Below, in pieces: positions 25,810 to 37,949 of a stretch of 64,000 nucleotides of DNA. Where the stretch lies: NCBI GenBank assembly GCA_032718475.1, contig JAUCBJ010007765.1, positions 1-64,000 of the forward strand, written 5' to 3'. The position numbers and the translations under genes are program-made. Numbering within the stretch: position 1 is the stretch's first letter; each line of letters opens with the position of its first letter. Source of the DNA: Nemertoderma westbladi. Taxonomy: Eukaryota; Animalia; Xenacoelomorpha. The notes beneath the pieces were generated by a model that saw nothing but the letters and a program-made list of their open reading frames with translations, had not been told where the DNA came from and made no database searches.

Positions 25810-26456
25810 TGTTTCGAAAAGTCCTAGAAAATGTCTGGGGACGAAAAGTCCCTTAAAATGTCTGGGGACGAAAATTCCGGGGACGAAAAGTCCGAGGACG
25901 AAATGTCTACCAACCCGGATTTTTCGTCCCGTAAGTACATAAGTATTAGCTACTTTAACTATCAAGTAAAAATTACTTGCTACCATGATCATGGTAGCAA
26001 GTAATTTTTACTTGATAGTTAAAGTAGCTAATACTTATGTACTTATGACTCATAAACTATTCCATACATACATTTTAATTGAAGATTAAATCATATTTTT
26101 AATTTTTTTACGAGCTAATAAAATGTAATAGCTAACACAAAATCAATATTACTACCAGAGGCCTATAGCTACCATATCTTACTGTCAGAAGGTCAAATAT
26201 TTGTTCTAGAACAAAAAACTAATAATAAAAGCCATTTTCACAAGAAAAAAAAGTTGGTAAATTTTTTTCAATTTTTCAATTTTAATATTTTTCACTGGCT
26301 AATAAAAAGTATTAGCTAACACAAAATCGAAATTACTAGCAACCATCTTACTAACAAGTCCGTGTCGAAAAGTCCGGGACGAAAAGTCCGAGACGAAAAG
26401 TTCGGGTCGAAAAGTCCGGGGACGAAAAGTCCAGGGACGAAATGTCCGTATACCGT
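25810..26456. repeat. Fragments of a non-autonomous element with GGGACGAAAAGTCC 15-mer arrays, containing a perfect 114-bp palindrome
   Basis: 15-mer arrays at 25815-25915 and 26355-26450; spacer-less palindrome at 25932-26045. Confidence 0.7.
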
Positions 26457-26537
26457 TGAAAAAGTATCGCCGGAGAAAAGGTTTGCACATCATTTGAGCA
26501 AAATCCATTCACACACACAAAAGTTATAGCAACATTT

Positions 26538-27526
26538 AGGGTCTACAAGGCGTACTGCAAAACGGAACTCAACATCCAATATTGGTTTATGTACAGTAGA
26601 TAAGTGGCTCTCTAGTTACGCAATAAACATTCAAGAACACTAAATTATTTTAACATTGAGTAAGGCAGAATCTGGAGTTGAAGAATACAATAATTGGAAG
26701 GCACTTATACTATACGACAATGGGTACCTACATTTTTCCATTTTTTTTAAACCCGTGTATTTTATGTAAAACGGCATTGTACATTTATTAATCATACAGT
26801 ATATGCATATTGCAAATTCAGTATGTCTCAAAAAATGTTCTAGAAAAAAATGTGTTCTAGAACAAAAATATTTATCAAAATTGATAACTAATGCGTGTTC
26901 TACAACATTTATAAAAAATAAGGTAGAAAAAACTAGCCAGTATAAAAAATAAGAAATGTATTCTAGAACAAAAAAAAAGTGTTCTAGAACAAAAATATTC
27001 ATCAATATTGGTAGATTACACGTAATTTGAAAATATAGGTACCCATGTCGTATAAGTGCCAAGTGGAATAGCAGTAAATATGGAAGCAATACAGTAAAAT
27101 AATACAGTTCAAAATAGTACAGACCGTTGTGACAACGGCGCGGTGACAGTGGTGTGAAAGCGTGATGGGAGACCCGTGTAGCCGTGACAGCGTTTTGAAC
27201 TGGTAATGCTGACAAATCACAACGTTTTGGTTTTTATGGTTACAGTTTACAAATGTTGTAACATTGCACACACTCTTACTAACTGGTAGTGGACTTATAA
27301 TACATACATACACGGAATGCATTTCGGAGCTCATCATTGTTTCCAAGTTATGCATCGACATACCACTCTCTCCTCATGAATACATGCGGTATCTCGCTAA
27401 AACTCTCTAGACATGCATCCCCAAGAAGCTGCGGATGTATGCGCGTTCTAATATTGACTACGTGGCCGACGCATTTATAGATGTAATGACGTAGATTTAT
27501 CGCTCCTGAATTAGCTGTAGACCCCT
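26538..27526. mobile_element. Possible MITE with short TIRs
   Basis: AGGGTCTACA at 26538 and TGTAGACCCCT ending near 27526; internal inverted TGTTCTAGAAC motifs. Confidence 0.4.
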
Positions 27527-27901
27527 AAAGTGATATTTATGTAGGGTATGTTCGGTTGTACCAGGGGACCGTTGATGCTATGTTTCCTGAATTCGTTGAA
27601 ATAACTTTTGCATTTTGCAGTAATTAGTTTTAAAATTAATTTGAGATTTAAGTAATTAAACAAGACTAAGGATGATCCAACTCTATAGTGAACAACTCTA
27701 TCCTTAGCCCTGTTGAATTACTTAATAATTTATACAATCTATGGATGTTGAACACATATACAATAACATTCGTTTGCAGTACAGGTCATAACTGCGACTG
27801 TATTATAATACAGACTAAATCCATCCGTAAGGAGGACTGTATTCAATAGCAACCGTAAGGTAGCTTACCACCTATAGTAAATCAATCGGAAACATGCAGG
27901 A

Positions 27902-27976
27902 GCCTCCGTGGTGTAGTGGTTAGCATACCTGCTGAACGTTTATCGGGAGACGCGGGTTCGATCCCCGCTGGTGGCG
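27902..27976 (+). pseudogene. tRNA-derived SINE head or tRNA pseudogene
   Basis: A box TGGTGTAGTGG, B box GGTTCGATCCC, perfect T stem GCGGG/CCCGC, acceptor GCCTCCG/TGGTGGC (one mismatch), non-canonical anticodon arm, TTTTT downstream. Confidence 0.65.
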
Positions 27977-28284
27977 AATTCACTTTTTCCGCTCCTTGTT
28001 CGCACACTTGCAAACCCAAATCACAAATTCCTGCAACATCCAACAAAAGTGTGTAGGCTATAGTAGCGGCTGAATATTGTCTTCAGCAGCTCTCTCTCCA
28101 GAATAATACTTGCAAGCGCGCTCTTCTTATTCTGTATGCTTGACTGCTGTAATGACTGTGGGAGGTAAACTTATAATGGGAAATATTAAAATTTTAATTT
28201 TGCGAATTTTTTTAATTTTGCGAATGATATTACGCAAAGCACGGTTAGCTATGCCAATTAGAAGTTCTAATTACAAGTTCCGCG

Positions 28285-28520
28285 AATTATAATAATAATA
28301 ATAATAATATACATGATAATAGTAAAAAAAAAGCAAAGCAAAAAGTCGGCCGAGGCCGGAGGCGACCCGAAGGCTCCTCTTTCGATAGCTTCCACCTGAA
28401 GGTAGGGGTGGGCGCTACTCCTATCCCAAGATTTGCTCCCAGTAATTAAATTGGTCCTCATTTTTAACGACCCCAGTGTAATGAAAGAAGATAGAGAAGA
28501 ATGAGTCTGAACCAACCTGT
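28285..28520 (-). mobile_element. 5'-truncated SINE body with (TTA)n tail
   Basis: Minus strand CTTTCATT..GGGGTCGTTAAAAATGAGGACCAA resembles a conserved metazoan SINE core (recognised from memory), followed by a GC-rich hairpin tail and a simple repeat. Confidence 0.45.
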
Positions 28521-29155
28521 TGAAATGTTAAAAGTCATTTTAAAGATTCCTATAATGAACCCATGCACTCTAAAAGCGCATAGCAAACAGGGGAATATGA
28601 TACAGTAGCTCTGCAATGGAATATGTCATCCGGTTATCAGGATCAGGTTACAAGCAATGTTTTGACATTGAAATTGACATTATGTTTCGAAATGTGCTTT
28701 ATAAGTCCAGTCATATCTTGATTGAACCTGGACTGCTAGTTTTGGCTCTGATGCATTATTGGTTGGACTGTGCCACATATTACTGTTGTCTTGCAATTAC
28801 CATCAAATATTGCAATATTGACTCAGGTTGTTTAGGGTCGGATGTTTAAATGGAAATGGACTTACAGTAGCTAATTTCCTACTCCACCAATTAATAATAC
28901 ATTGGCCGAATTGCATTATGTTGAGTTGGTTACAACCTAATATTGATACAGTAGTAGATAGTCAATAATTAAACATATAATAAATGCGGCTCCAAATTCG
29001 CACATCTGTGTTTATTTCAACCAATTACTTTATGTAGATGAGTAAAAAGTATAAGAAAAGTTATCAGAGAAAGTGAAACACGAAACGCCGGAGGCCACTC
29101 TTGGGCTCCTCTCTCTTTCCTGTCACCAACAACCATGCTAACGAGGTTGAATAAT

Positions 29156-30593
29156 CGGGAAGCAGGACAATTCGGTCCCGGACAATTCGGTCCCATTAAT
29201 TTTGTGTTTTGGGACCGAATTGCCCGGGACCGAATTGTCCGGATACTGACTAGGACAATTCGGTCCCAAAACAAGCATATTAATGGGACCGAATTGTCCG
29301 GGACCGAATTGTCCGGGACCGAATTGTCCGGGACCGAATTGTACGTGACCGAAATGTCCGGGACGGAATTGTCCGGGACCGAATTGTCCGGGATCGAATT
29401 GTCCGGGACCAACTGTAATTGGTACTGCTGTACTATATAATGGTGAATGTTCTAGAACCTTAAAAGATATAATTATATGGTAGCTAGTGTTTTTTTTTAT
29501 TAGCTAGTATTTTTTTGAAAATAAAAAAAATTTTACTTTTTTTTGTTAACATTATTAGTTATGGTAGCTATTATGGTGTTTTTATGGAGCTTGTGAATTA
29601 TTTACTAGCTAGTAATAGTATGTATTTAAAATGTGTAAAACTGATTTTTTATATATTGCGTACGTATACTGTTTTATGGAGCTTGTGAATTATTTACTAG
29701 CTAGTAATAAGTATGTATTTAAAATGTGTAAAACCGATTTTTTTATATATTGCGTACGTATACTGTTTTATGGAGCTTGTGAATTATTTACTAGCTAGTA
29801 ATAAGTATGTATTTAAAATGTGTAAAACTGATTATTTTATATATTGCGTACGTATACTGATTTATGGAGCTTGTGAATTATTTACTAGCTAGTAATAATG
29901 TATTTAAAATGTGTAAAACTGATTTTTTTATATATTGCGTACGTATACTGTATGTGTTGTTGGTTGGTTAACAAGCCTAAATTATTATCCTAGATAATAG
30001 CTGGATCTCATTCAGGGACTGTTATAATATTATCAATATTTTTGGTAATTAATATAATCAGCAACAGTTTAGTGAAATACCGAAATTATTGAAATACAGT
30101 CAACTGAAATATCAATGTTTTCACAAGTATTTTTATAATTTCAAGGAAATGCTAGCTAGTAAAAAAAAACACTAGCTACACCTTAATAAGTAATATTTAA
30201 TAATGTTCTCGAACACTTACCAATAACAAAAATAAAAAAAATATAGTATTTTTAAAATTTCAAAAAATTCTAGCTAGTAAATAACACTAGCTACCATAAA
30301 AAAATATCTCTACTAATGTTCTAGAACATTCACCAATATCAAAAAAGCACTAAAAAGCTGCTATCAGGAACCGGACAATTCGGTCCCGGACAATTCGGTC
30401 CCGGACAATTCGGTCCTAGGACAATTCGGTCCTAGGACAATTCGGTCCCGGACAATTCTGTCCCGGACAATTCGGTCCCATTTATTTAGTGTTTTGGGAC
30501 CGAATTGTCCGGGACCGAATTGTCCGGGACCGAATTGTCCGGGACCGAATTGTCCGGGACCGAATTGTGCGGGACTGAATTGTCCTACATCCG
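29156..30593. mobile_element. Non-autonomous DNA element with inverted 15-mer arrays and internal ~95-bp tandem repeats
   Basis: Termini CGGGAAGCAGGACAATTC / GAATTGTCCTACATCCG, AATAAT on both flanks; GGGACCGAATTGTCC arrays in both orientations at each end; 4 copies of a ~95-bp unit at 29580-29950. Confidence 0.8.
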
Positions 30594-30799
30594 AATAATC
30601 GGTAAATTTTTTCCTTTACACCCCAGAAGATTACAGAACCTGGGTGAGCGCCCTCTTGGTACGAATAAAATCCGGATAGGATCTAACTTGGGAGACCTCC
30701 CAAGAAACAAGAAAGACACATCTAGCTGTAGGCTAGAGGTAGACTTCCATAATTATTATTTACCGAGATAATAATTTTTTTTTTCTTGTTATTTTGCAG

Positions 30800-30928
30800 A
30801 TTGTGTTGAGTTGGAGGACGCGAATTTCCATTGTCCAGGTTGGGCTGCCGACGGGGAATGTCTCGCCAATAAAGGATACATGTACACCAACTGCCAGACA
30901 TCTTGTAACAAGTGTGACGACGGTGAAG
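30800..30928 (+). CDS. Exon 3: ShKT domain 2
   Basis: DCVELEDANFHCPGWAADGECLANKGYMYTNCQTSCNKCDDGE; TTTTGCAG| and AAG|GTAAGT, 129 nt, phase 1-1; absent from the ORF track. Confidence 0.9.
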
Positions 30929-31103
30929 GTAAGTTGTATGGAAATCTATTGTAGATCGACGTTCATCAAATATATACTTTCTTAACATCCATTCAAAAAT
31001 CTATTATGTGATATATTAAATATTAGGATTGTGTTGGGCTTGGGAGCTCCGAGGTAGGTACATGAGGTTGAGGATCGAAATGGTTTTCTAGGATCAGTCA
31101 GAC

Positions 31104-31137
31104 CATGGAATACTAAATATAGATTTAGTATTCCATG
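31104..31137. mobile_element. 34-bp hairpin mini-element with 7-bp TSD (P-superfamily-like)
   Basis: CATGGAATACTAAAT-ATAG-ATTTAGTATTCCATG flanked by GTCAGAC on both sides. Confidence 0.7.
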
Positions 31138-31559
31138 GTCAGACAGATTTTATTTCACCAGTACGTACAGTACAGGCCTGGTGGGCTATCATAAAGGTGA
31201 GGTGCGCAAGCCACAAGTTGCAGGTGGAGGTAGGCTGGTGGGAGCGGAGTGACAGAGGGCTTCCGAGATAGATTATGTCGCGTTTGTAATTGAGGATGAA
31301 CTTTATTTTTACTGACTACATTTTTATAGACTACAGAGCTCTATTAATCGAATTTATTAATTATTGAAAATTTATTATTTCTTTATGTATTTTGCATTTG
31401 AGTATTGCATTTTCTTATTGGTTCTGGAACTGACAATGTTTATGTCGTTCCGAAATTTCCGTTTCTGCCGTGGTGTTGCAGACCTACAGAGGTAGTTGAT
31501 TGTTGATTTACTAAGGAAGGATAACGAAGTCAACTAGGATAACAGCTAGAAGGGTATCT

Positions 31560-33480
31560 TTCTTTGTTGAATACTCGTTTCCTCCTAAGAAAGTCGGCTG
31601 CTCCATGTTCTTTAGGAATTCATTCTGGTTGCTGCGTAGAAGTCTCTCGATAGGATCTACAGTATGATGCATTCAATGTAATTAAATAATTGTATACCGG
31701 TAGCTATATCAGCAATCGAAATCAACGAAATTCCAAGAAAAGATCAGTGTGAACTGGCACCAACATACTTATCTCGTTTTCTATTCTCTCTACCGGATGA
31801 ATGTATCGGCCCGTTGAATGACCAGAGGGGAAGGAGGTAAACTTCCAGCCAACAAATGGACTGCAACGGGGCAGCAATGTTCGAGTTCTTATCCCACATA
31901 TTGGTCCATCACTCGAAAATTGGCTCTCATGACGATGGACGACATCCGAGAAGATATAAAGTTGAGCACTAAACGCTGAGCAGCAGATACGAGGTTCTCA
32001 CCTCTGAGGCAACAGATCACTGCGAGAGCTATACTGCCTTCACAGAAGCAGGTTATTTGCAGCTGAAGAAACAGTTCATGACCTCTCTAAGGCGCCGACC
32101 TGGGCACACGAGGACAACCAAGGTTGTAGTTTGTTAAGGCTGCATCTAAGTCCCTTAACAGGCAGTTGGGCCTACTCTGATAATCTGAAGGAGCTTATGA
32201 ATAAACAAGTTGATGGCATTACAATGCTGATGACAGCAGACAATCAGCCCAGACATGGCAATCAATAAACCTGCTCACTGGGAGGAAAAGCCAACCAACT
32301 ACCAAGGTTAAGGCTGAATCTCCAGCTGAACGACTAAAAGGTTGGTAGGCCGACTTTGAGAAGCTTCTAAACAATGACAGGGTGTTGCCTGGTAATAACT
32401 CGTGAGTGTGTGTGTCTGTGCATGAGTCTGTGCTCACAGATATCCCCATTGGTGACATCTGCTTTGCTGAAATCAAGACTGAATCTAGGAGCATCAAGAC
32501 CAATCGTGCCAGTGGAGTAGATGGCGTGGCCCCTGAGGTCTTTAAAATTCCTGAGTGTTTGGAGCTCATTCACACCATTAATTTAATGTGGACATGTATA
32601 GGACAACGAGAGTCCCTCAAGAACGGAAAACAAAAAAAGTTGGTCCCTGTGTCCCTTCCCCCAAGAAGGGCAACCTAACAACACGTGGAACTTTTCTCGT
32701 GGAATCTCATTAATCTCGATTACTGCAAAGCTATACTACAGAATTATATTAAATCGCATCATGGATCATGTTGAAAGACTGTTACATGGGAACCAAAATG
32801 GGTTCCGTAAAGGTCGTGGGACCATGGAGCCTATTCTGGCACTTAGAAGGATAATTGAAGAGTTATCAATAAAGAAAGACAGACAACTATTATCTATACC
32901 AGAGGCTATTATCTTTGTTGACTTCTTTAAAGCCTTCGACTCAGTCTCCCGACCACGTATGTTCAGCATACTGGCAGCAATCTGATCAGCATCTGATCGT
33001 AAGCTCTAAGGATGGCTTGCTTGAACACGTGGATGACTTCTGCTATTTGTGATCATGGATCAGAAAGTTAGGTGAAGACCTTTGGATACGTAAGGGGAAG
33101 GCATGGGCAGCGTTAAATAGTCTGTCCAGGATTTGGAAGTCCCATAGAATAAAACGGAACCTTAAGGTTCGATTATTTATGGCAGCAGTAGTACCAGTAC
33201 TCTTATATATCATATATATCTCTCATACTCATACTCATACTCTCATATATATATCTAACTGCAGAAGATACCAAATCTCTGGATAGCACTTTCACAAGAC
33301 TGCTGCGCCGGATTCATTGTGTCAAGTACAATGGACACATCCCCAATCAGACTCTATACAACATTGGAGTGTTCCATTAATCTCCCCTAGCTTGACACTT
33401 CGACGGAACCGCCTCCGCTTTGCAGCATATTGCTTTCTGGGTGAGGACCAGCCAGTGCATAATCTAGGGATAGTAGTAGA
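31560..33480 (+). mobile_element. RTE-like LINE fragment (decayed)
   Basis: RASGVDGVAPEVFK, NQNGFRKGRGTME.ILALRRIIEE, FVDFFKAFDSV, RRNRLRFA.YC with many stops and an internal deletion; left boundary approximate. Confidence 0.85.
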
Positions 33481-33669
33481 TTGTGACAACAGTCGAAAAC
33501 AGGCGAAAACAGTTGGAATGTAGGGAAAACAGACGAAAACAGTGAGATCATTTAAAAATATTCATCCATGCATCCAGGTGAAAATAGATATTGAAGTAAC
33601 TAGGTGTAATAATAGATTTACAATTTAGTGGCATTTATAATGTCGCTAACTTAAGATGACGTTCGACCC

Positions 33670-36600
33670 GAACATTTCTTCGCGATTTTCGCGATCTTCG
33701 CAAACGTCACGATTTTTGCGAAGATTGCGCAAATAGCGAAATTTCGCAAACGTCGCGATCTTCGCGATATTTTGTGTTTAACAATACTATAGGTGGAGCT
33801 TCGCAAACGTCCCGATCTTTGCGAATGTTCTACAACATTTTTTAAAAAGTAAGAAAATCTATAATGAAAAAATAAATTTTTTAAAATTTTTCAAGAATAC
33901 AATATATTATTAGTTCTAGAGAAAAAAAAATAATTTTAAATAAAATATCTAACATGTTCTATAATATATATATATACTGACACTATTAGTATTGTTCACA
34001 GAATTCTAGAATGTATATATATACAGACAGATGGTATAAAATTGTATTCTAGAAGTCCATGTATTTGTGTAGGCCTTCCAGAAATTTTGCTATTTTTGCG
34101 TCGCTGTACCTATAATGGTATTAATAAATAATATTATTAAAGGTTGAGAAATTTTTTTATCGAAGCTCCACCTATAGTATTGGTAAACACAAAATTTCGC
34201 GAAGATCGCGACGTTTGCGAAGCTCCACCTATAGTATTGGTAAACACAAAATATCGCGAAGATCGCGACGTTTGCGAAGCTCCACCTATAGTATTGGTAA
34301 ACACAAAATATCGCGAAGATCGCGACGTTTGCGAAGCTCCACCTATAGTATTGGTAAACACAAAATATCGCGAAGATCGCGACGTTTGCGAAGCTCCACC
34401 TATAGTATTGGTAAACACAAAATATTCGCGAAGATCGCGACGTTTGCGAAGCTCCACCTATAGTATTGGTAAACACAAAATATTCGCGAAGATCGCGACG
34501 TTTGCGAAGCTCCACCTATAGTATTGGTAAACACAAAATATCGCGAAGATCGCGACGTTTGCGAAGCTCCACCTATAGTATTGGTAAACACAAAATATCG
34601 CGAAGATCGCGACGTTTGCGAAGCTCCACCTATAGTATTGGTAAACACAAAATATCGCGAAGATCGCGACGTTTGCGAAGCTCCACCTATAGTATTGGTA
34701 AACACAAAATATGTCGCGAAGATCGCGACGTTTGCGAAGCTCCACCTATAGTATTGGTAAACACAAAATATGTCGCGAAGATCGCGACAGTTTGCGAAGT
34801 TCCACCTATAGTATTGGTAAACACAAAATATGTCGCGAAGATCGCGACGTTTGCGAAGCTCCACCTATAGTATTGGTAAACACAAAATATTCGCGAAGAT
34901 CGCGACGTTTGCGAAGCTCCACCTATAGTATTGGTAAACACAAAATATTCGCGAAGATCGCGACGTTTGCGAAGCTCCACCTATAGTATTGGTAAACACA
35001 AAATATCGCGAAGATCGCGACGTTTGCGAAGCTCCACCTATAGTATTGGTAAACACAAAATATTCGCGAAGATCGCGACGTTTGCGAAGCTCCACCTATA
35101 GTATTGGTAAACACAAAATATGTCGCGAAGATCGCGCACGTTTGCGAAGTTCCACCTATAGTATTGGTAAACACAAAATATGTCGCGAAGATCGCGACGT
35201 TTGCGAAGCTCCACCTATAGTATTGGTAAACACAAAATATGTCGCGAAGATCGCGCAGTTTGCGAAGTTCCACCTATAGTATTGGTAAACACAAAATATG
35301 TCGCGAAGATCGCGACGTTTGCGAAGCTCCACCTATAGTATTGGTAAACACAAAATATGTCGCGAAGATCGCGACGTTTGCGAAGCTCCACCTATAGTAT
35401 TGGTAAACACAAAATATCGCGAAGATCGCGACGTTTGCGAAGCTCCACCTATAGTATTGGTAAACACAAAATATGTCGCGAAGATCGCGACGTTTGCGAA
35501 GCTCCACCTATAGTATTGGTAAACACAAAATATCGCGAAGATCGCGACGTTTGCGAAGCTCCACCTATAGTATTGGTAAACACAAAATATTCGCGAAGAT
35601 CGCGACGTTTGCGAAGCTCCACCTATAGTATTGGTAAACACAAAATATGTCGCGAAGATCGCGACGTTTGCGAAGCTCCACCTATAGTATTAGTAAACAC
35701 AAAATATGTCGCGAAGATCGCGACGTTTGCGAAGCTCCACCTATAATATTGGTAAACACAAAATATCGCGAAGATCGCGACGTTTGCGAAGCTCCACCTA
35801 TAGTATTGGTAAACACAAAATATGTCGCGAAGATCGCGACGTTTGCGAAGTTCCACCTATAGTATTGGTAAACACAAAATATGTCGCGAAGATCGCGACG
35901 TTTGCGAAGCTCCACCTATAGTATTGGTAAACACAAAATATGTCGCGAAGATCGCGACGTTTGCGAAGCTCCACCTATAGTATTGGTAAACACAAAATAT
36001 CGCGAAGATCGCGACGTTTGCGAAGCTCCACCTATAGTATTGGTAAACACAAAATATGTCGCGAAGATCGCGCAGTTTGCGAAGTTCCACCTATAGTATT
36101 GGTAAACACAAAATATGTCGCGAAGATCGCGACGTTTGCGAAGCTCCACCTATAGTATTGGTAAACACAAAATATCGCGAAGATCGCGACGTTTGCGAAG
36201 CTCCACCTATAGTATTGGTAAACACAAAATATCGCGAAGATCGCGACGTTTGCGAAGCTCCACCTATAGTATTGGTAAACACAAAATATGTCGCGAAGAT
36301 CGCGACGTTTGCGAAGCTCCACCTATAGTATTGGTAAACACAAAATATCGCGAAGATCGCGACGTTTGCGAAGCTCCACCTATAGTATTGGTAAACACAA
36401 AACATGTCGCGAAGATCGCGACGTTCGCGAAGCTCCACCTATAGTATTGGTAAACACAAAATATGTCGCGAAGATCGCGACGTTTGTGAAGCTCCATCTA
36501 TAGTATTGGTAAACACAAAACATGTCGCGAAGCTCCACCTATAGTATTGGTAAACACAAAATATGTCGCGAAGATCGCGACGTTTGTGAAGCTCCATCTA

Positions 36601-37679
36601 TAGTATTGGTAAACACAAAATATGTCGCGAAGATCGCGACGTTTGTGAAGCTCCATCTATAGTATTGGTAAACACAAAACATGTCGCGAAGTTCCACCTA
36701 TAGTATTGGTAAACACAAAATATCGCGTAGATCGCGACGTTTGCGAAGCTCCACCTATAGTATTGGTAAACACAAAATATGTCGCGAAGATCGCGACGTT
36801 TGTGAAGCTCCATCTATAGTATTGGTAAACACAAAATATCGCGTAGATCGCGACGTTTGCGAAGCTCCACCTATAGTATTGGTAAACACAAAATATGTCG
36901 CGAAGATCGCGACGTTTGTGAAGCTCCATCTATAGTATTGGTAAACACAAAATATGTCGCGAAGATCGCGACGTTTGTGAAGCTCCATCTATAGTATTGG
37001 TAAACACAAAATATGTCGCGAAGATCGCGACGTTTGTGAAGCTCCATCTATAGTATTGGTAAACACAAAATATCGCGTAGATCGCGACGTTTGCGAAGCT
37101 CCACCTATAGTATTGGTAAACACAAAATATGTCGCGAAGATCGCGACGTTTGTGAAGCTCCATCTATAGTATTGGTAAACACAAAATATCGCGAAGATCG
37201 CGACGTTTGCGAAGCTCCACCTATAGTATTGGTAAACACAAAATATCGCGAAGATCGCGACGTTTGCGAAGCTCCATCTATAGTATTGGTAAACACAAAA
37301 TATGTCGCGAAGATCGCGACGTTTGTGAAGCTCCACCTATAGTATTGGTAAACACAAAATATGTCGCGTAGATCGCGACGTTTGCGAAGCTCCACCTATA
37401 GTATTGGTAAACACAAAATATGTCGCGAAGATCGCGACGTTTGCGAAGCTCCACCTATAGTATTGGTAAACACAAAATATGTCGCGAAGATCGCGACGTT
37501 TGCGAAGCTCCACCTATAGTATTGGTAAACACAAAATATGTCGCGTAGATCGCGACGTTTGCGAAGCTCCACCTATAGTATTGGTAAACACAAAATATGT
37601 CGCGAAGATCGCGACGTTTGCGAAATTTCGCGATTTTCGCAATCTTCGCAATAATCGCGACGTTTGCGAAGAAATGTTC
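33670..37679. mobile_element. Foldback-type TIR element whose right arm has expanded into a 57-59-bp satellite
   Basis: GAACATTTCTTCGC at 33670 and GCGAAGAAATGTTC ending 37679; one inverted unit at 33740-33830. Confidence 0.75.
34160..37625. repeat. 57-59-bp CpG-rich satellite, about 59 copies
   Basis: Unit GAAGCTCCACCTATAGTATTGGTAAACACAAAATAT(GT)CGCGAAGATCGCGACGTTTGC head-to-tail. Confidence 0.97.
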
Positions 37680-37949
37680 AAAATCGTTGCCTTACTCGCT
37701 CGGGACGGCCTGCATCACGTAGATGCCCAAGATGGAGTCAAGCAAGATCCAACTTGTAGAGTGACAGACTGAACTGCTAGGCCTAGGCCTACCTCATCGC
37801 GCCCTATCGGTAATGCAAAAAGGAATAATTTAATGATGGTAGTACTGTAGTGTATGATAAACATTATATAGATTAATTTAAAAATCTTTGCGTTAACATT
37901 AATACTTATTATGTTTTTAATTTACTATGTTTGTATTGTTTGTTTAACT

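Noticed and set aside
27902-27976. Functional tRNA gene
   Set aside because: The anticodon arm does not form a canonical 5-bp stem with a 7-nt loop; treated as SINE head or pseudogene. The same applies to 60190-60261.
29017-30771. ORFs with GTELS / VPDNS repeats
   Set aside because: Translations of the 15-mer transposon arrays.
34090-37772. Dozens of ORFs, and a CRISPR-like look, in the 57-59-bp array
   Set aside because: Head-to-tail satellite with no unique spacers, no cas genes and a eukaryotic context; unit indels break the frames.
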